Source of the DNA: Octopus bimaculoides
Lineage: Eukaryota
DNA length: 38,354 nucleotides
Direction: 5' to 3'
NCBI RefSeq assembly: GCF_001194135.2
Contig: NC_068981.1
Span: 50,047,257 to 50,085,610 of the forward strand
The notes under the pieces are model-generated. The model was not told the DNA's origin, did not search any database, and was given only the letters and a program-made list of their open reading frames with translations. Shown piece by piece: positions 22,563 through 35,599 of this stretch. Made by a program: the position numbers and the translations under genes. The stretch's first letter is position 1. The number at the start of each line of letters is the position of its first letter.

Positions 22563-25500
22563 CGTTATGTAAGGTCGTCACTAGATGATTTATGTCTCTC
22601 TCTCATTTATATTTATATATTCCATTCATCTGTTACATTACACTGTGTGACCAGTGCAATAGAAAAAGAAAATGCATTATAACAATCAACGAACGTATGG
22701 GATAAAACTTTATTCGTATTACTAAGTGATATTTTACTGAAACGGACGTAGGACCAAGGACTTCATGATTACTAAGACATTTCTATCGTAATTTTATATA
22801 TTCCAATGTGATTTACTTTAGTATAGATTGCAATATCATAGTTCTCAATGGAGTTTGTACTCAAATGCTACAATATACTCTTCAGCACTCTCACTCCGCC
22901 TTACGGATTGAACAGATATATTATTCTCTTATCTCAAGAAAATCGATTCAGATTCCCTTTAGAAAATGATTGAGCTCGACAGAAGATATACAATGATTGA
23001 TTTATGAGAAGTATTTTAACGTTGAACTGATGCTGAATGCTGTCTATCTATACTGTAGAAATATAATAAATTTACGTATATTTTTAGAGAAAAGGAAAAT
23101 ATAATTGACATTATAAAACGTTTTTTGTAGCTTAACATTTATAAAACGTCCCTAGATGAATTTTGTTTTGTATTATATTTATTATTGCTTTGATGGGATC
23201 GATACAGAGTGAATTTCTGAATGAGACAATTAAAAAGTCATGGGAAATAGACAGAAGGAATATTAAAGTCTATTTTAAGTCACATATTGTATATAAGTTA
23301 AAATTAGAACTAAAATGGAAACGTTTATTTCCGATATGCAGTCAGATTTCGTGTAATATCTATCTACTATTCAAATAGTTCAAAACATCGGAAAAACAAT
23401 TTGTCACATGTGCAGAGAGAGACCGAAACGGATAAACAGGCAGACACACACATGCACATGCATATACATGTATGTATGCATGTATATATGTAGGTATTAT
23501 GTATGTATGTATGTATGTATGTATGTATGTTTGTATGTATGTATGTGTAAATATATATTAGAAAGACAAAATGAAGAGGCATGCAGTACACTTTAGAGCA
23601 TGGAATTTAAAATCCAAACAGGACTGTAGAATTGTTACAAGAGTTGTTAAATATATTATATAAATATGGGAGTAAGAAGTTATGCATAACATCTCTTGCA
23701 GCTGTTTCAAGAAAAACTGTGCAAATGTTCTACATTTCAGTGAACAATGATTCGTTAAGCATATTCCTTAATTCTTCCTATTTGAAGATAGAATAGTTAG
23801 CTTTTGTATAGACATTTCTCTTCGCTAAGATATCAATTATTTGCGCAGCTATTCTAGAAATAGCTGATGAATAAAACATATTAAATTGTGTAGACATTGC
23901 ATGCGTTTTTTTTTGTTTGTTTTTGTTTTGTTTCTTTTTGTTTTTAGCTTCTTTTTTTTTGCTTTTTTTTTGCTTTTTTTTTCAATCCATTTTGTTAAGA
24001 CAGTTAACTTTGGAAGCATGTCTTAATATGCATAAATTATAATCAAAATAAATTCCTCGTCATCCCTTTTCTTCCGTCCCCATTTCACCATTATTTTATA
24101 AATATATTTTTATGGCTTCGTCTCTACCACCAAACTCAAAATGTTAACACCTCGCCGAATTCCTTCCATTTAGTATAACACAAATTTAGCACAATTGTGT
24201 TACATTGAATGTAAGAGAAATTTCACTGGAAAGCATTTCTATATATTTATCTTAATCAAATTTAAGGTGCTACCGACGAATTGCAATGTGCTTTTTATAT
24301 TGCGATCAAATTATTTTCAAAACCTAGCTCTTAATTGATGAACAACCCTTGTACTTATTTATGAAAATGATGATAAATTTAGAAAATATCCTAACGATAA
24401 CTGAAAGACAAGCATATACATTAATTAGAACATAAAAATTCGAACAAAGCACGTTACGCAGATAGTCCGGCCTAGAAACATACAGCACACAGATACCGGT
24501 GTGAGAAATAGATGCGAGCACTATATATGACCCAGTTTAACTTCCATCCCATAGCTACAGTAGGTATAAGTTCTCTAACCACTATAGTTAATAATTGACC
24601 ACCAACACATCAAATTAACTACATTCATAAAATAGCTATGTAATGAAAACTTGAAATTGTGACACTACGATTCAAAAGAAATCGCAGTGAAACACTGTGA
24701 TGTAGAACAGGAGGTATTTAACCTATATACGTGTATGCGGGTCTTAACAGAAATACATAAATATTAAAAAGAATTCACAGTAAGCCTAGAATTGTTACAA
24801 GAGATGTTAAATGAATGATATAGAGAAACCACAAAAAAGATGATAGTAATATGGGAGCATATGCAAAATATAGAAAGATATAACTTGTCTTGTTTGAAAG
24901 CATGCCTATGGGACATTTCGGCAAAGCGAGATGAGTTGAGCATACACTAATTGCAGTATACGCGAATCTCATCTGTACTCCGCATCAGATAGACAGTTAG
25001 ATCAGATCAAACCGTTCATCATAACCATATCAAAGATTGAGGATTTAATATATTCTGTAAAATAAAGATCAATGCATTTTACCTTCACGTCATGACATTG
25101 ATTTTTAACTCTTTTGCTAATTGTCATGCAGTTTGCTTTATATGTTCCTCAACTATATTTTCTTATAAGGTAAATATTGTTGCAATTAGAGAGTCCGGAT
25201 TGCGAGAAATCTACGAGAAAAATGTTGCGATGAAACGAACGTACGTTAGCACGAGTATGTCCTCACATTTAAAACATCATATCAATGAACAGAACGAATA
25301 TTTCTTGCTGATTCTTGGGCCACTCCTTTGAATTCACATGGTATGCACTCCCTGGTGTGTCTGACATAAAAATGTGAAATAGCTACGAATTTTAAAGCCT
25401 ATGACATAAGATAATCTACAAAGGAATGGTAAGGTCAAGATTGTAAAAGATAATTCGTATTTTCCATAAGTATTGAAAAGGTACCTTCAAAACAAATATG

Positions 25501-25734
25501 TCAAATATACGACATATCTTTTCCCCAATTTAATACGCAATAGTGACCGGTTATTCATTTCTTGTTGAAAAGTGGTTTTCTGTGGCCTCAATAAAGTTTC
25601 AGAGGCATCCAATGTAAGTCCAAACTAAATTAAATGAGGCAGAAATACTCACTGTACAAAGGAATTAATTTATGATAGATTAAATATCTATAATATTGAG
25701 GTGAGAAATTTGAATGAGAAGTAATTGTTATTCA

Positions 25735-26295
25735 ATTGGATCACCTTGATTGGCCAGGCTGTCTGGTGCCGATTCGGCTCCACTGGCTATAGCATTTTTT
25801 TCATTTCCCTCGTTCTCTCACCATTGTCCTCCAAGTTGTTCCAAACATATTTCTTAAATCTTCGTTCATGCGATAACATTCGACGACTGCACGGATCCAC
25901 CGATTGTCTTTGAAACTTGCTACATAGCGGGCCCATCAAAGCTTTGTGTGGTGGTTTTCTGCGACGACTTCCTTCACTCCAGTTCTATTCCTGATCTCCT
26001 CGTTCCTAATGCGATCTCATAGCAAGACTACTGACATTGACCTTTCCATGGCTCTCTGCGCCGTAAGCAGATGTTCTCTCTTCATCATGGCCCAACTCTC
26101 TCATGCGTATAAAATTGCAGCAAGTCTTCGACTAAGGGTGTACTGGAGTCGAACCTAGACAAGGCAACTTGCACCATTCTTTTTTAAAAGCACAGTCGAG
26201 TTGAACGCTCTCCATTCTGCCCTCACCCTTTACGAGATCTCATTCTCCATCTCACGATTTATAGTCACTTCTTGACCGAGGTATACATAGTAAGA
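25735..26295 (-). mobile_element. RTE-clade LINE 3' fragment (end of RT, thumb, 3' end)
   Basis: YVYLGQEVTINREMENEIS*RVRAEWRAFNS, AILYA*ESWAM, TAQRAMERSM, DRIRNEEIRNRTGVKEV, WARYVASFKDNRWIRAVVE. Confidence 0.9.
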
Positions 26296-26609
26296 TCGTC
26301 GGTGACTAAACTTATTTCTAATGTTTATTTTTTTAAATCCACTTTCTGCAACACGGCCTTCTTACAAGGCATATAATCGTGAGATTCAGAAAAAAAGATA
26401 GGTTACTCTTTAAGATGCAATTTTTTTAAAGCTGCGTTAGAAAAGTTTTATTTGTATGTTTCACAGGAACGCTCCAAAAGTTTGCTAATCCATTACGATG
26501 TTTCTCACAAAATATGTACGCTTCTATGTGCCTTTTATATCTTCGGTATGTGCATATGCCGTTTTAGTTAAATCCCCTCTTGCAGTTTCCTTCCGAAAGG
26601 CTCCTTTTA

Positions 26610-26752
26610 TTCCTTGTAGTTTTTGTCTACCGAATCCACTCCCAATGCTTCGGATGGCTCGGAGCTATTGTATAAGGCATTTGCCCAAATTATCACTCAG
26701 TATGACTGAACCCAGAACTATGTGTCTATCAAGGAAGTTTCTTACCACAGAA
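26610..26752 (-). mobile_element. Degenerate tRNA-derived SINE head
   Basis: TGTCTACCGAATCCACTC...TTTGCCCAA...GACTGAACCCAGAAC...TTCTTACCACA, the reverse complement of the 16719-16853 head with substitutions. Confidence 0.75.
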
Positions 26753-26799
26753 TATGCTCTCAATTTGAGTACATATTTCATTTGAAATGTCGGCGAATT

Positions 26800-26990
26800 A
26801 AGCCTATCAAAGTAGAAAATAAATACATTGCCATTCTTTGAAATATTAGCATTCAAACCGAACGAACTATTTAGTCCAGCAGACGAGACGTTGTAGTGAA
26901 CATTTCGTTGAAAAACATGTTCAGTCATAGACATGTCAATCCCAGCAGACAGCATCACCTGCGAAAAGGTGAAAATACAGGACACAAATA
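26800..26990 (+). mobile_element. R4/Dong restriction-like endonuclease fragment
   Basis: KPIKVENKYIAIL*NISIQTERTI*SSRRDVVV, frameshift, KTCSVIDMSIPAD; corresponds to ILWDFxIQTDR..RPDIVV..IDxxIP. Confidence 0.75.
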
Positions 26991-27004
26991 AACAAGCAGT
27001 GTAA

Positions 27005-27366
27005 GATCACAGATTTTGGAATTCTCTATGGCACCAGAGTCGATACCAAAGAATTGAAAAACATGAGAAATATCGGTTTCTAGCCTGAGACCTGAAGAGA
27101 GTGTGAATGACAAAGACAGCAGTTATTCCTGTTGTAATTGTTGCACTTGTCATAACGTCCAAAATACTAACCAAAGTGGTTAACATATCAGAATTCTGAG
27201 TTGTATTGTTGATCTGCAGACAGAAAATTACAATCCTATAATATAAAAGAATCCAGAGAAACAGTCTTGAGATATGAAGAAACTTGTCGCCAAACATAAA
27301 GACATCATCACACTAATTAAATTATAACGTACTAGCTTGGTGATAATTAAGATGACAAGAAAGATA
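27005..27366 (+). mobile_element. R4/Dong 3' end (endonuclease C-half plus UTR) with (AAT)n tail at 27367-27456
   Basis: DFGILYGTRVDTKE, EKHEKYRFLA*DLKRV*MTKTAVIPVVIVAL, QKITIL*YKRIQRNSLEI*. Confidence 0.8.
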
Positions 27367-27411
27367 ACGATAATAATGATAATTATAATAATAATAATAA
27401 TAATAATAATG

Positions 27412-27456
<45 letters not shown>

Positions 27457-27458
<2 letters not shown>

Positions 27459-28762
27459 AGGCGTGGAATTTGGCATGCCAGATGGCCAAGCATTATAATC
27501 ATTGAAAGGAGGAGAGAGTTATAAGTATCTAGAAGTATTAGAATCTGAGAGACTACTAACTACAGAGATGAAAACAAAATTGGGAAGGATTACATCAGAA
27601 AGCTGAGAAGCCTAATGAGGTCAAAGCTACATGGTCCGAATCTAGTGAAGGCTGTACATATTTGGGCAATATCATTATGTAGATATTCAGAAGCTTTTGT
27701 TTATTGGACAAACAGTGAATTAGCAAAACTAGTCAGAAGAAATAGGAAGGAATATGAATGAAGGATTCCACCCAGGGGCAGGAGTAGCAAGATTATACCT
27801 ACCTAGATAGGAAGGTGAAAGAGAGTTAATAACGCTCCTTGGAATTAGCTAGAGTAGATACAGACCCCTATGAAGGTAATAGTGAAGACAGTTTATTAAA
27901 AGCTGCCAGACTCACAGAAAGCAAAACACCAAAGAAACTTCAAAATCAGAAGAAAAAAAAACAAAGTATCTGACTGACCGGAAAAGGCGTTGCATCGTAG
28001 ATTCCCAAAGAAAGTTTCAGCAATTAGCAGTCGTGAGAGATGGTTATGGCTGCAGAAAGGAAAGCTGAAGAGGGAAACATAATTTTTTTTACTTGCCTCA
28101 CAAAATCAAGCATTGAGCAATTATTGGATTAAAAGTCAAAATAGACAAAAATCTAAGTAGATTTAAAAACTCAAAAGAGAACGCGTTACTCATATAGTAA
28201 GTAAATGTAGCATGCTGGCACAGAAAGAATACAAGAAAAAACATGACAATGCATGGCGAGTAATCCACTGGGAGCTATTTAGAGAACAAACTGATAAATG
28301 GCATGAACAGAAACCTAGAAAAGTACTAGAAATATAACATGCTGTGGGACTTTAACATTCAGCAGACTGATAGAGTAATAGAAGCTAGAAGAGCTGATCT
28401 GGTAGTAGTATATAAAGGGAATAGAAAGTGCCTGGTAATTGACATTACAATCCCAAATGATGAAAAACGTAATATGATAAGTATAGAAAAACTATCAAAG
28501 TACCACGACTTAGGAATTAAATTACAAAAAATGCAGGTAAGATGCGTCCCACTAGTTATAGGTGCATTGGGAATTATCTCTAAAGTTCTAAACAGATGGA
28601 TAGAGGAAATAGTCATAAAACCCATCTTAGTACAGTCGCAGAAAACAGTGTTATGAGGGACAGCTAGGATACGTAGGAGGGTTCTTGGCATCCAAGTCCA
28701 CTTGTCGTAGCCCAATGTTAGGATTCTTTTCTTTTCCAACAGTCTAATCTGTTGAGTCTGCA

Positions 28763-28764
<2 letters not shown>
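27457..28764 (+). mobile_element. 5'-truncated R4/Dong LINE (RT end, thumb, decayed CCHC knuckle, RLE endonuclease, 3' UTR) between two (AAT)n tracts
   Basis: SYKYLEVLES, FHPGAGVARLYLPR, WLWLQKGKLKRET, THIVSKCSMLAQKEYKKKHD, LWDFNIQ.TDRVIEARRADLVVV..CLVIDITIP..EKLSKYHDL..VPLVIGALG..QKTVL*GTARIRRRVLG. Many stops and frameshifts. Confidence 0.95.

Positions 28765-28820
<56 letters not shown>
28765..28820 (+). repeat. (AAT)n tail of the Dong element
   Basis: Immediately follows the 3' UTR. Confidence 0.9.
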
Positions 28821-28823
<3 letters not shown>

Positions 28824-29229
28824 TATTTTCTCAATTTTGCATTAGAGGGGTATCAATAAAGTGCACATTATGAAACGCTTGAAGAGAAGATGTGTTTTAT
28901 TTAGAAATGTCAGCATATCAAAAGGCACACAAATTATACAAAAATATATATATTTCCCCTGATACAAATAGAACTATTCGTAAAACCCACTTATACTGGA
29001 TACATACTGACCATCAAGAGCAATACTTTCTATCAATCATAGATCTTGGTTCAAAGCAGCCACTGAAAATAAGAATACCAGTTGCTAGTCTAGCTAGTAA
29101 TGAACGGTTGAAATTTGGTTCATTTTCTTCATTCTCTTCAACATTGTCTCAATTTCAATTTTTTTTTACATTGGCAGGCAAGAAACTGTGAATTCAGGGA
29201 TCTCCCTCTTTTTGACTTAATCATGATTG

Positions 29230-29610
29230 TGTGGAAGTGCAGTGGCCCAGTGGTCTTGCCAGCGGACTCGCGGTCATATGACGGTTTCGATTCGCAGACC
29301 GGGCGTTGTGATGGCTTCTTGAGTGAAAATACCTAAAGCGTCACGGTGCTCCGGCAGGTGGGGGGAGGTGAATCCTGCTGTACTCTTTTACTACATCTGT
29401 CTCTCACTCTTTCTTCCTGTTCTTGTTGTACCTGTATTTCAAAATGCCAGCCTTGTCACACTCTGTGTCACGCTGAATCACCCCGAGAAATTCGTTACGG
29501 GTTCACATCTCTGTGGAGTGCTCAGCCACTCACACATTAATTTCACGAGCAGGCTGTTCCGTTGATCGGTTTAACTGGAACCCTCGTCGTCGTAACCGAC
29601 AGAGTACCAC
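29230..29610 (+). mobile_element. Near full-length tRNA-derived SINE of a second family (possibly tRNA-Arg-derived)
   Basis: A box TGGCCCAGTGG (29243-29253), B-box-like GGTTTCGATTC (29283-29293), TCG at roughly the anticodon position, pyrimidine-rich middle, GC-rich 3' body ending CGTCGTAACCGACAGAGTACC. Confidence 0.8.
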
Positions 29611-31449
29611 GAATTATGTCTATTTTTTTTTTTTTAATTCAGTATTTCTATTAATTCTTGCTGCATTATCATTACTAGGTGATTTTGTTCAAACTCTAGA
29701 TTTAGTAATTGAAGAGGATTTTTTAAATTTTATTGATCCTAAAATCTTTTAGGAACGTGTTTGGAATAATCCAAAATCGGCATCACAAACTTCGCACAAG
29801 AGGAGCTACAACAAAATTACCCATGCGATGTCAGACGCCATTATGAGCATTCTCGCATACAGTCTTTTCTGGTTAAACATGATAGACAATTATGAAAACT
29901 CGTCCACCTGTTTGAGGCGCCCATACTTAAAATACCAGCATTTCTACATGTCCGACAGGTATGAACTGTTGCGGCATTGTTCGTATGCAGGTGATTCTGG
30001 CTATTCATATCTCGGTCTATGACATACACTGACAGATATCAATACACGGAATCGCATTGCGTGTGCGTTACCCTGTTAAACTGATCAGCTTCATTGATCC
30101 TCACGATTGACATGCTAGCCGTCCCTCATATGAGATAATGGGCTGTTTTTTTCTCTGCTGGGCAACTATTTCGAAGGAAATTATGTCGAATACGTAGTAA
30201 AAGAGAAAAACCGTATTCTTTAGATACCAGAGAAAAGGTTTAATTTTTTTAAAAACTTCTATTTTTGCACGGCATGCTACTGCAGAAAAGAGAAAATAAC
30301 ACGCTTTTTTCTATTATGAATTGAATGGAAGCGGGCATAAAAGGTGCGTTAAAAATAATAGAGCGCAACTACCTGAGGAAAGACTTTTGAAAGAGCTACG
30401 AGGAAAAAGTGACATTTAAGTACTATATTATCGTATAAACGAAACTAACATAGGGGAATATTTCCAGTCGAATAGTTTACGAAGTAATATTGCGGAGTGT
30501 CAATTCACACTTACCTTGAAATATGATTCAGTCATCTGCCCTCTAGAAATATAATAATAAAAAAGGCTTACTTAGGTTCTCAGATACAGTGGTTATTAGA
30601 GAGAAATGAACAACGAACAGCCAGTAGAAATGATCCTCGAGAGAAATATATGACAAAACTTGAAACAGAACTAAATATAATTATTATTGAGAAGCAGCCT
30701 CTGTGGAAAAGTGAAAATTCATACAATTTCAGGTCTATAAATCTACTAACTATCCATTATAGAATACGTGGGGACAACAATTGAAAATGTAGCATATTCT
30801 GCATGTGAGTTCAACAATTTAACCGAAAATGGATATTATAGAATGCATAATTTCATTGTACGGTTTGTCGAACGAGAAGGGAAATTCTATGTTCACCAAT
30901 ATCGTTGCATAATTGAGTCCAGACACAAGAAAATATTTCAGGATTTCTTTATCCAATATGAACAGATGATAAATCGTGGGTTACGTGACACTGTTGCAAT
31001 AACGGTAAATTGAATAGGACAATAAATAATTGATACTGCAAGTCCAGAAGGTGGTAGATTTCGAATGGAAAAACAATAGAAGCTGCAGATGGATGACAAT
31101 CTAAGTAGATAGAGATTGCATATATATTGCCCTTGAAGAAGATAAATGCAATGCCAATAGTGATAGGATTTTATATTATCACTACTAGATTAGACACATT
31201 CTTATCTTAAGTATGAATGAAAATTAGATAAATATGCCTTAAATAATATAGAGGTAAATTTCTAAAATGTGACTTGGTGAACTTCTTTATAAATACATTA
31301 TATAAGCTGGCTACCAAAAAATATAAACGCAGAATAAGCGTGAAAAATAGATCCAGAAATCAAAAAGCTATAGTGCATATTACTGAAAAGTAATGATGTA
31401 GTATTTTATGTTGTTACATTCTGAATAAGTCTGTTCAGGTACGGTTTTC

Positions 31450-32040
31450 ACCTTCTTATATATAAATGTAAATATCAATCTTTAGGAGCTAACACAGCAA
31501 AGGCAATTCGAAATATTCATGGTGCTTCAACGACGGCACAAGATGAAAACCTTTTTTATTTTCCAAAACCGGATCAAAATAATATAGTCTGAATAGACAG
31601 GAATTTGCATTGTAGCCATTGAATAATTGAACGCCATTTGTAATGGCTTCGAAAGATATTTAAATTCAAACAATTCTCTCCCTCCCCATAATTTGACATA
31701 AACAACTGCTCAGTAGTAATAGGAATCTGCAATTCTCCTCAGCACTCTGGTGAAGTTATATCATTTTTGGAAAGAGTAGTGACTGAAAAAGAAATGTGGA
31801 TAGTTTTGCAATAAAGTTAAGTAATGCAAAAAGTGATTTTAGTACAAGCAAATAGCATCAACCAAAATTCAAAAGGTTTCTCCATCCAAGAAATGCGATG
31901 AATGGTGTTTTGCATGATGGGGTGAATGAGAGCCATATCGAGTTGCTACAAGTAATATTGCAATTACAGTAGATATATAATGTCATTAGTTAGGACATCT
32001 CAACATAGATGTGAAGGTAAAGGGGCCTGCCATTCAATCC
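31450..32040 (+). mobile_element. Mariner (DD34D-type) transposase remnant
   Basis: GANTAKAIRNIHG (HTH start), PHNLT (WVPHEL region), FLERVVTEKEMWIV (31764-31805; FLKRIVTGDEKWIV), LHPRNAM...ELL..ITVDI*CH*LGHLN...KGPA. The first catalytic Asp is mutated; no TIRs confirmed. Confidence 0.85.
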
Positions 32041-32988
32041 AAACAGTGCGTACGAATATGTGTGCAGTCATGCATACGTAAGTGTTTGTGTTTCAGGGAG
32101 GGAACTATCAGAATATATGATTCTCACACTAAAGTATTGCAATACACACGGTAAAATCCATAATTTTAAAACAATGGGATGAAAAAAAGTTACTAATCAC
32201 GAAAAGCAAATACTGTACTCTGCAAATGTATTTTCTGAATAAATTTTTCCTTTCATACCTCCAGTGAAATTGTGAAAAATGACTACTGAGAAATCAAATT
32301 AATGTAGATCTTCACACGCATGTACCAAACATTCAAATATCTACGCTTGTGTAGATCTTGCATGGTTTATTGAAAATGCATTGCAGACATTTCCCGTTTT
32401 CATATTTCAGTCAAGAATGATAGTTGATTACACGAACAGTGAGAGTGAAGGACACCGAGTTTCTTTTGAATCTTCCTCCTAGGATAAAACAAATTTGTAT
32501 TTAGAAGAAAAAAGAACACTTAAGCATCGCTGGTTTCCTGGTTGTCTCAACCTCTGTCACGTCACTGGAATTGCGCTGAAAAGTTGGTTCAGTTCCGCGC
32601 AAAAATGTATCCATTCAAAAGTTCATGCACAGGATGTTCACAAAGAAGCCCTATCGGGATCGTAGAGCAGTGAACCGTACAAACCTGGAAAGTTGTGAGT
32701 AATTGCTAACATTCATGTAGATGACTTGAGATAAATGCCGCTTCATTTTCATATGTGGCAACGAAGGGATTGGGCAGCACTGCGTGAGACACTAAATTGT
32801 TTTTAGGGATAGCAGTACTCATCTTCTGGCAAGAAGGATCTAGAAGAGGTTATCTAAACAAAGCTTGCTTCCACCAAATTGGCAAACACCTCGAGGCTGT
32901 CGATTGTTCACTCGTGCGAGTGAAATATATATTTTCAAGCAACCTCTGAGTTAATTCATAGACAAATAAGATTTGCGAACTTCCAAAT

Positions 32989-34170
32989 CTTAAGCTTGCG
33001 TACTGGAATGTAAGCACGATTTTACCTTGTTAGGAACCGTTCATCTCGTGTGTCCTACTGCCTTTTTATGAAGGGTATTGTTCCGATATAACTCCGACAC
33101 ATGTGTTTCAAATGATGCGTGTTAGAAGAAATAGGGTCCAACTGCAATTTATTTTACAAGAGAACATCAAGCATTCAACGTCAAGATCCGGTTGTTAAAA
33201 CGCATTTGGAGCAACATTTGACAGAGCTGTCTCGTGGTTTCTATGAGCGTTTTATGATACTACGGTCGCAGCTTAACTTGAAGTAATTCTTCACAGAGAT
33301 TAATGTTTATGTTCCAAACTTTGACAGTCCCCGCGATACAATAAATGGCTTTTATTGTAATCTGTGAAAAGTTCTGAGAAATGTTGGTAAAAATGACAAG
33401 TTTGTATTTCTGGAGAACTTTAATGACTCTATATTAAGTAGCATAGAAAGTCAGAGAATGGTTAAGTGCAACGCAAATGTGTTATTCCTTATGCAGTTGT
33501 ATCAGGAGTTAGATCTAGAAGTTCGGGTAAAAATTTAAATATAAGACGACTTGGAAGCATCTAAGTTCGGGTCACTAGCGCATTCTCGGTTACGTGATTA
33601 TCCATCACAAAGACCTTTCAGGTATAAAATCCATTCGGTGCATGCAGGTGTCTGAATGATTGACGGTTCATAGGCTCTTGCATATCTGCCTGGCACTCAC
33701 TATTCGGAAAAAAAACTGATGTGTAGTAGCACGAAGGCACCTAAGCTAATCGATGTTTCTCAATTGAACTGCCCTTCCCTGGGAAACATGGACAATACCA
33801 AGGCTCAGTTCAAGCGATCACTTTATATGTAATTCATGTGATTCAGGTGTAAGTTGTACCAAACATATCTGCGAATGGCAGCGCGTAAGCTGGTATTTAT
33901 TGAAATAAAACTTCGTAAGTCATTTAAAGAAAAAACGAAGGACTGATGACAAAGTTGTTGGAAGAAAAGGAAGTGGCACTTCCTTGAAAAGGGTAAGAAA
34001 GAGTCTCTTTTGTGTGGTCGTGCCTGCTTTTCAAATTTACATCTACTCAGCCTAATGTGTGGTATCGAATGTGACATCCAGTGAACTCACTCGACTTTGT
34101 AGATCCCAGCATACAGTTGATCAGAATGCTGCTAAATGTTGGTGGAGGGACAAATTGTGGGTGGTGAATC
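32989..34170 (+). mobile_element. RTE (BovB-like) LINE 5' ORF fragment: AP endonuclease plus linker
   Basis: LKLAYWNVSTIL, LEEIGSNCNLFY, LTELSRGFYERFMILR, INVYVPNFDS, DKFVFLENFND, KCNANVLFLMQL, KYKTTWKH...LGYVII, LTVHRLL, LLEEK, WWRDK: the full APE motif series in order, decayed. Confidence 0.9.
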
Positions 34171-34180
34171 TGGATAAAAT

Positions 34181-34380
34181 CTTTTTTTCTCTTACTTGTT
34201 TCAGTCATTTGACTGCGACCATGCTTGAGCACCGCTTTTAGTCGAACAAATCGACGCCAAGACTTATTCAGTGTAAGCCTAGTATTTAATCTATTGGCAT
34301 TGTTGCCGAACCTCTAAGTTACGGTGAAGTAAACACACCGAAATCGGTTGTCAAGCGAGGGTGGGGGGAAAGAGTAGATA
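34181..34380 (-). mobile_element. SINE 3' body (same family as 35767-35903 and 37228-37366)
   Basis: CTTGTTTCAGTCATTTGACTGCGACCATGC...GCCGAACCTCTAAGTTACGG...CGGTTGTCAAGCG followed by (CA/TA)n; internally homologous to the other two copies. Confidence 0.85.
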
Positions 34381-34396
34381 CACAATTACATACATG

Positions 34397-34442
<46 letters not shown>

Positions 34443-35599
34443 TGAGATAGATGAATTTCATGCTAAACTCAAAATTAGTGGCAATATATTTCGTCAATAT
34501 CTCTCTCACGCGGTATCAGAGTGTGTGTTTATATTTGAACAAACGTTAACGTCAGAAGTGATTGTATCAGTGTCTATGTTGAGATAATTATAGAAGAGTT
34601 GTGATGATAAAAATACATTACGCCTCTTCGTGTGAAGTATATGCAGTTTGGAGTGTGCGTGGGGAGGAGATATGCTAACGCCCCTCCCCCATTTACTCAT
34701 ATTCACCTTGTATTGAAAAGAAATGCTGAATTCTAGACAGAGACCTGCTGCATGTTACACGTTAAATGTGCATAAAAGCTAAACCACAGAGCAAATTGTT
34801 TAAAAAACAATCGTACGATTTCTACTACCACAATTTTATTTCAAATATTAGACCGGCCACACTCTTGTAATTACGTTTAGCTATAATTATTAAATTATTC
34901 ATTTTATTATTGATTAATTCTTTATTTATTCTTTGTCTGATCAAGATTAAAATTAATACTACCAATTCTGATACCTCACACTTTTTCTTCGAAATAATGA
35001 GCTAGATGAATATTTTCAGACAGTGTCTTTTGATTCTACCCGATTTCATGACATTAATTAGAACAACACAATTTAACCATCGAAATTTGCATACATGCAT
35101 CGAGCAATTAGCGATATGTTAAGCGCTTAGAAATCAATATAGTTTTCATTTAAATTTAAGTCAACCAATATTTTAAATTTTCATTTGATTTTAAAAGTTA
35201 TTGAATTAACATGTTCATGGCATGGCGGCATCAATACGGAAGAAGACATTTCTCACTTCATTAGTGTGTAAAATTATTTGATGGAGTTAATTGAAAACTT
35301 TTCAATTGGTGTAGTAGCATTTGCTCTATTCAAAACAATTTCAAATAAAACAGTACAGGTAGATTTCGCGTTTGAAGTCCTATATTTGAATGAGTACGTT
35401 TTAAAGATGATGATTTAATTCGAAGTATTTTTGACGATGCGCTTCTAGAAAACTTTCTGAAAATGCTAAAACTAAAAGTGAATGCACACCAATATCTTAT
35501 TACTAGTGTGACTATACTCTTTGAGAAAATATCAGTGACTTTGATATCGTCAGTAGTTATAGAAATTCGAAGAAAGTACAAAATCCAGCATCAAGCCAA

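Noticed and set aside
30373-30400. CTGAGGA and CTGATGA (33943) hammerhead-core matches
   Set aside because: No supporting stems I-III; the second lies inside the RTE coding remnant.
30768-31013. 81-aa ORF MGTTIENV...
   Set aside because: No ATG start, no recognisable motif; length is within chance for this composition.
32600-33260. hAT transposase reading (HKEAL, HLTELSRGFYERF)
   Set aside because: The downstream part fits the ordered RTE AP-endonuclease motifs much better; HKEAL alone is not enough.
33967-33985. 19-bp palindrome AAGGAAGTG-G-CACTTCCTT
   Set aside because: Short, inside decayed RTE coding sequence, plausible by chance.
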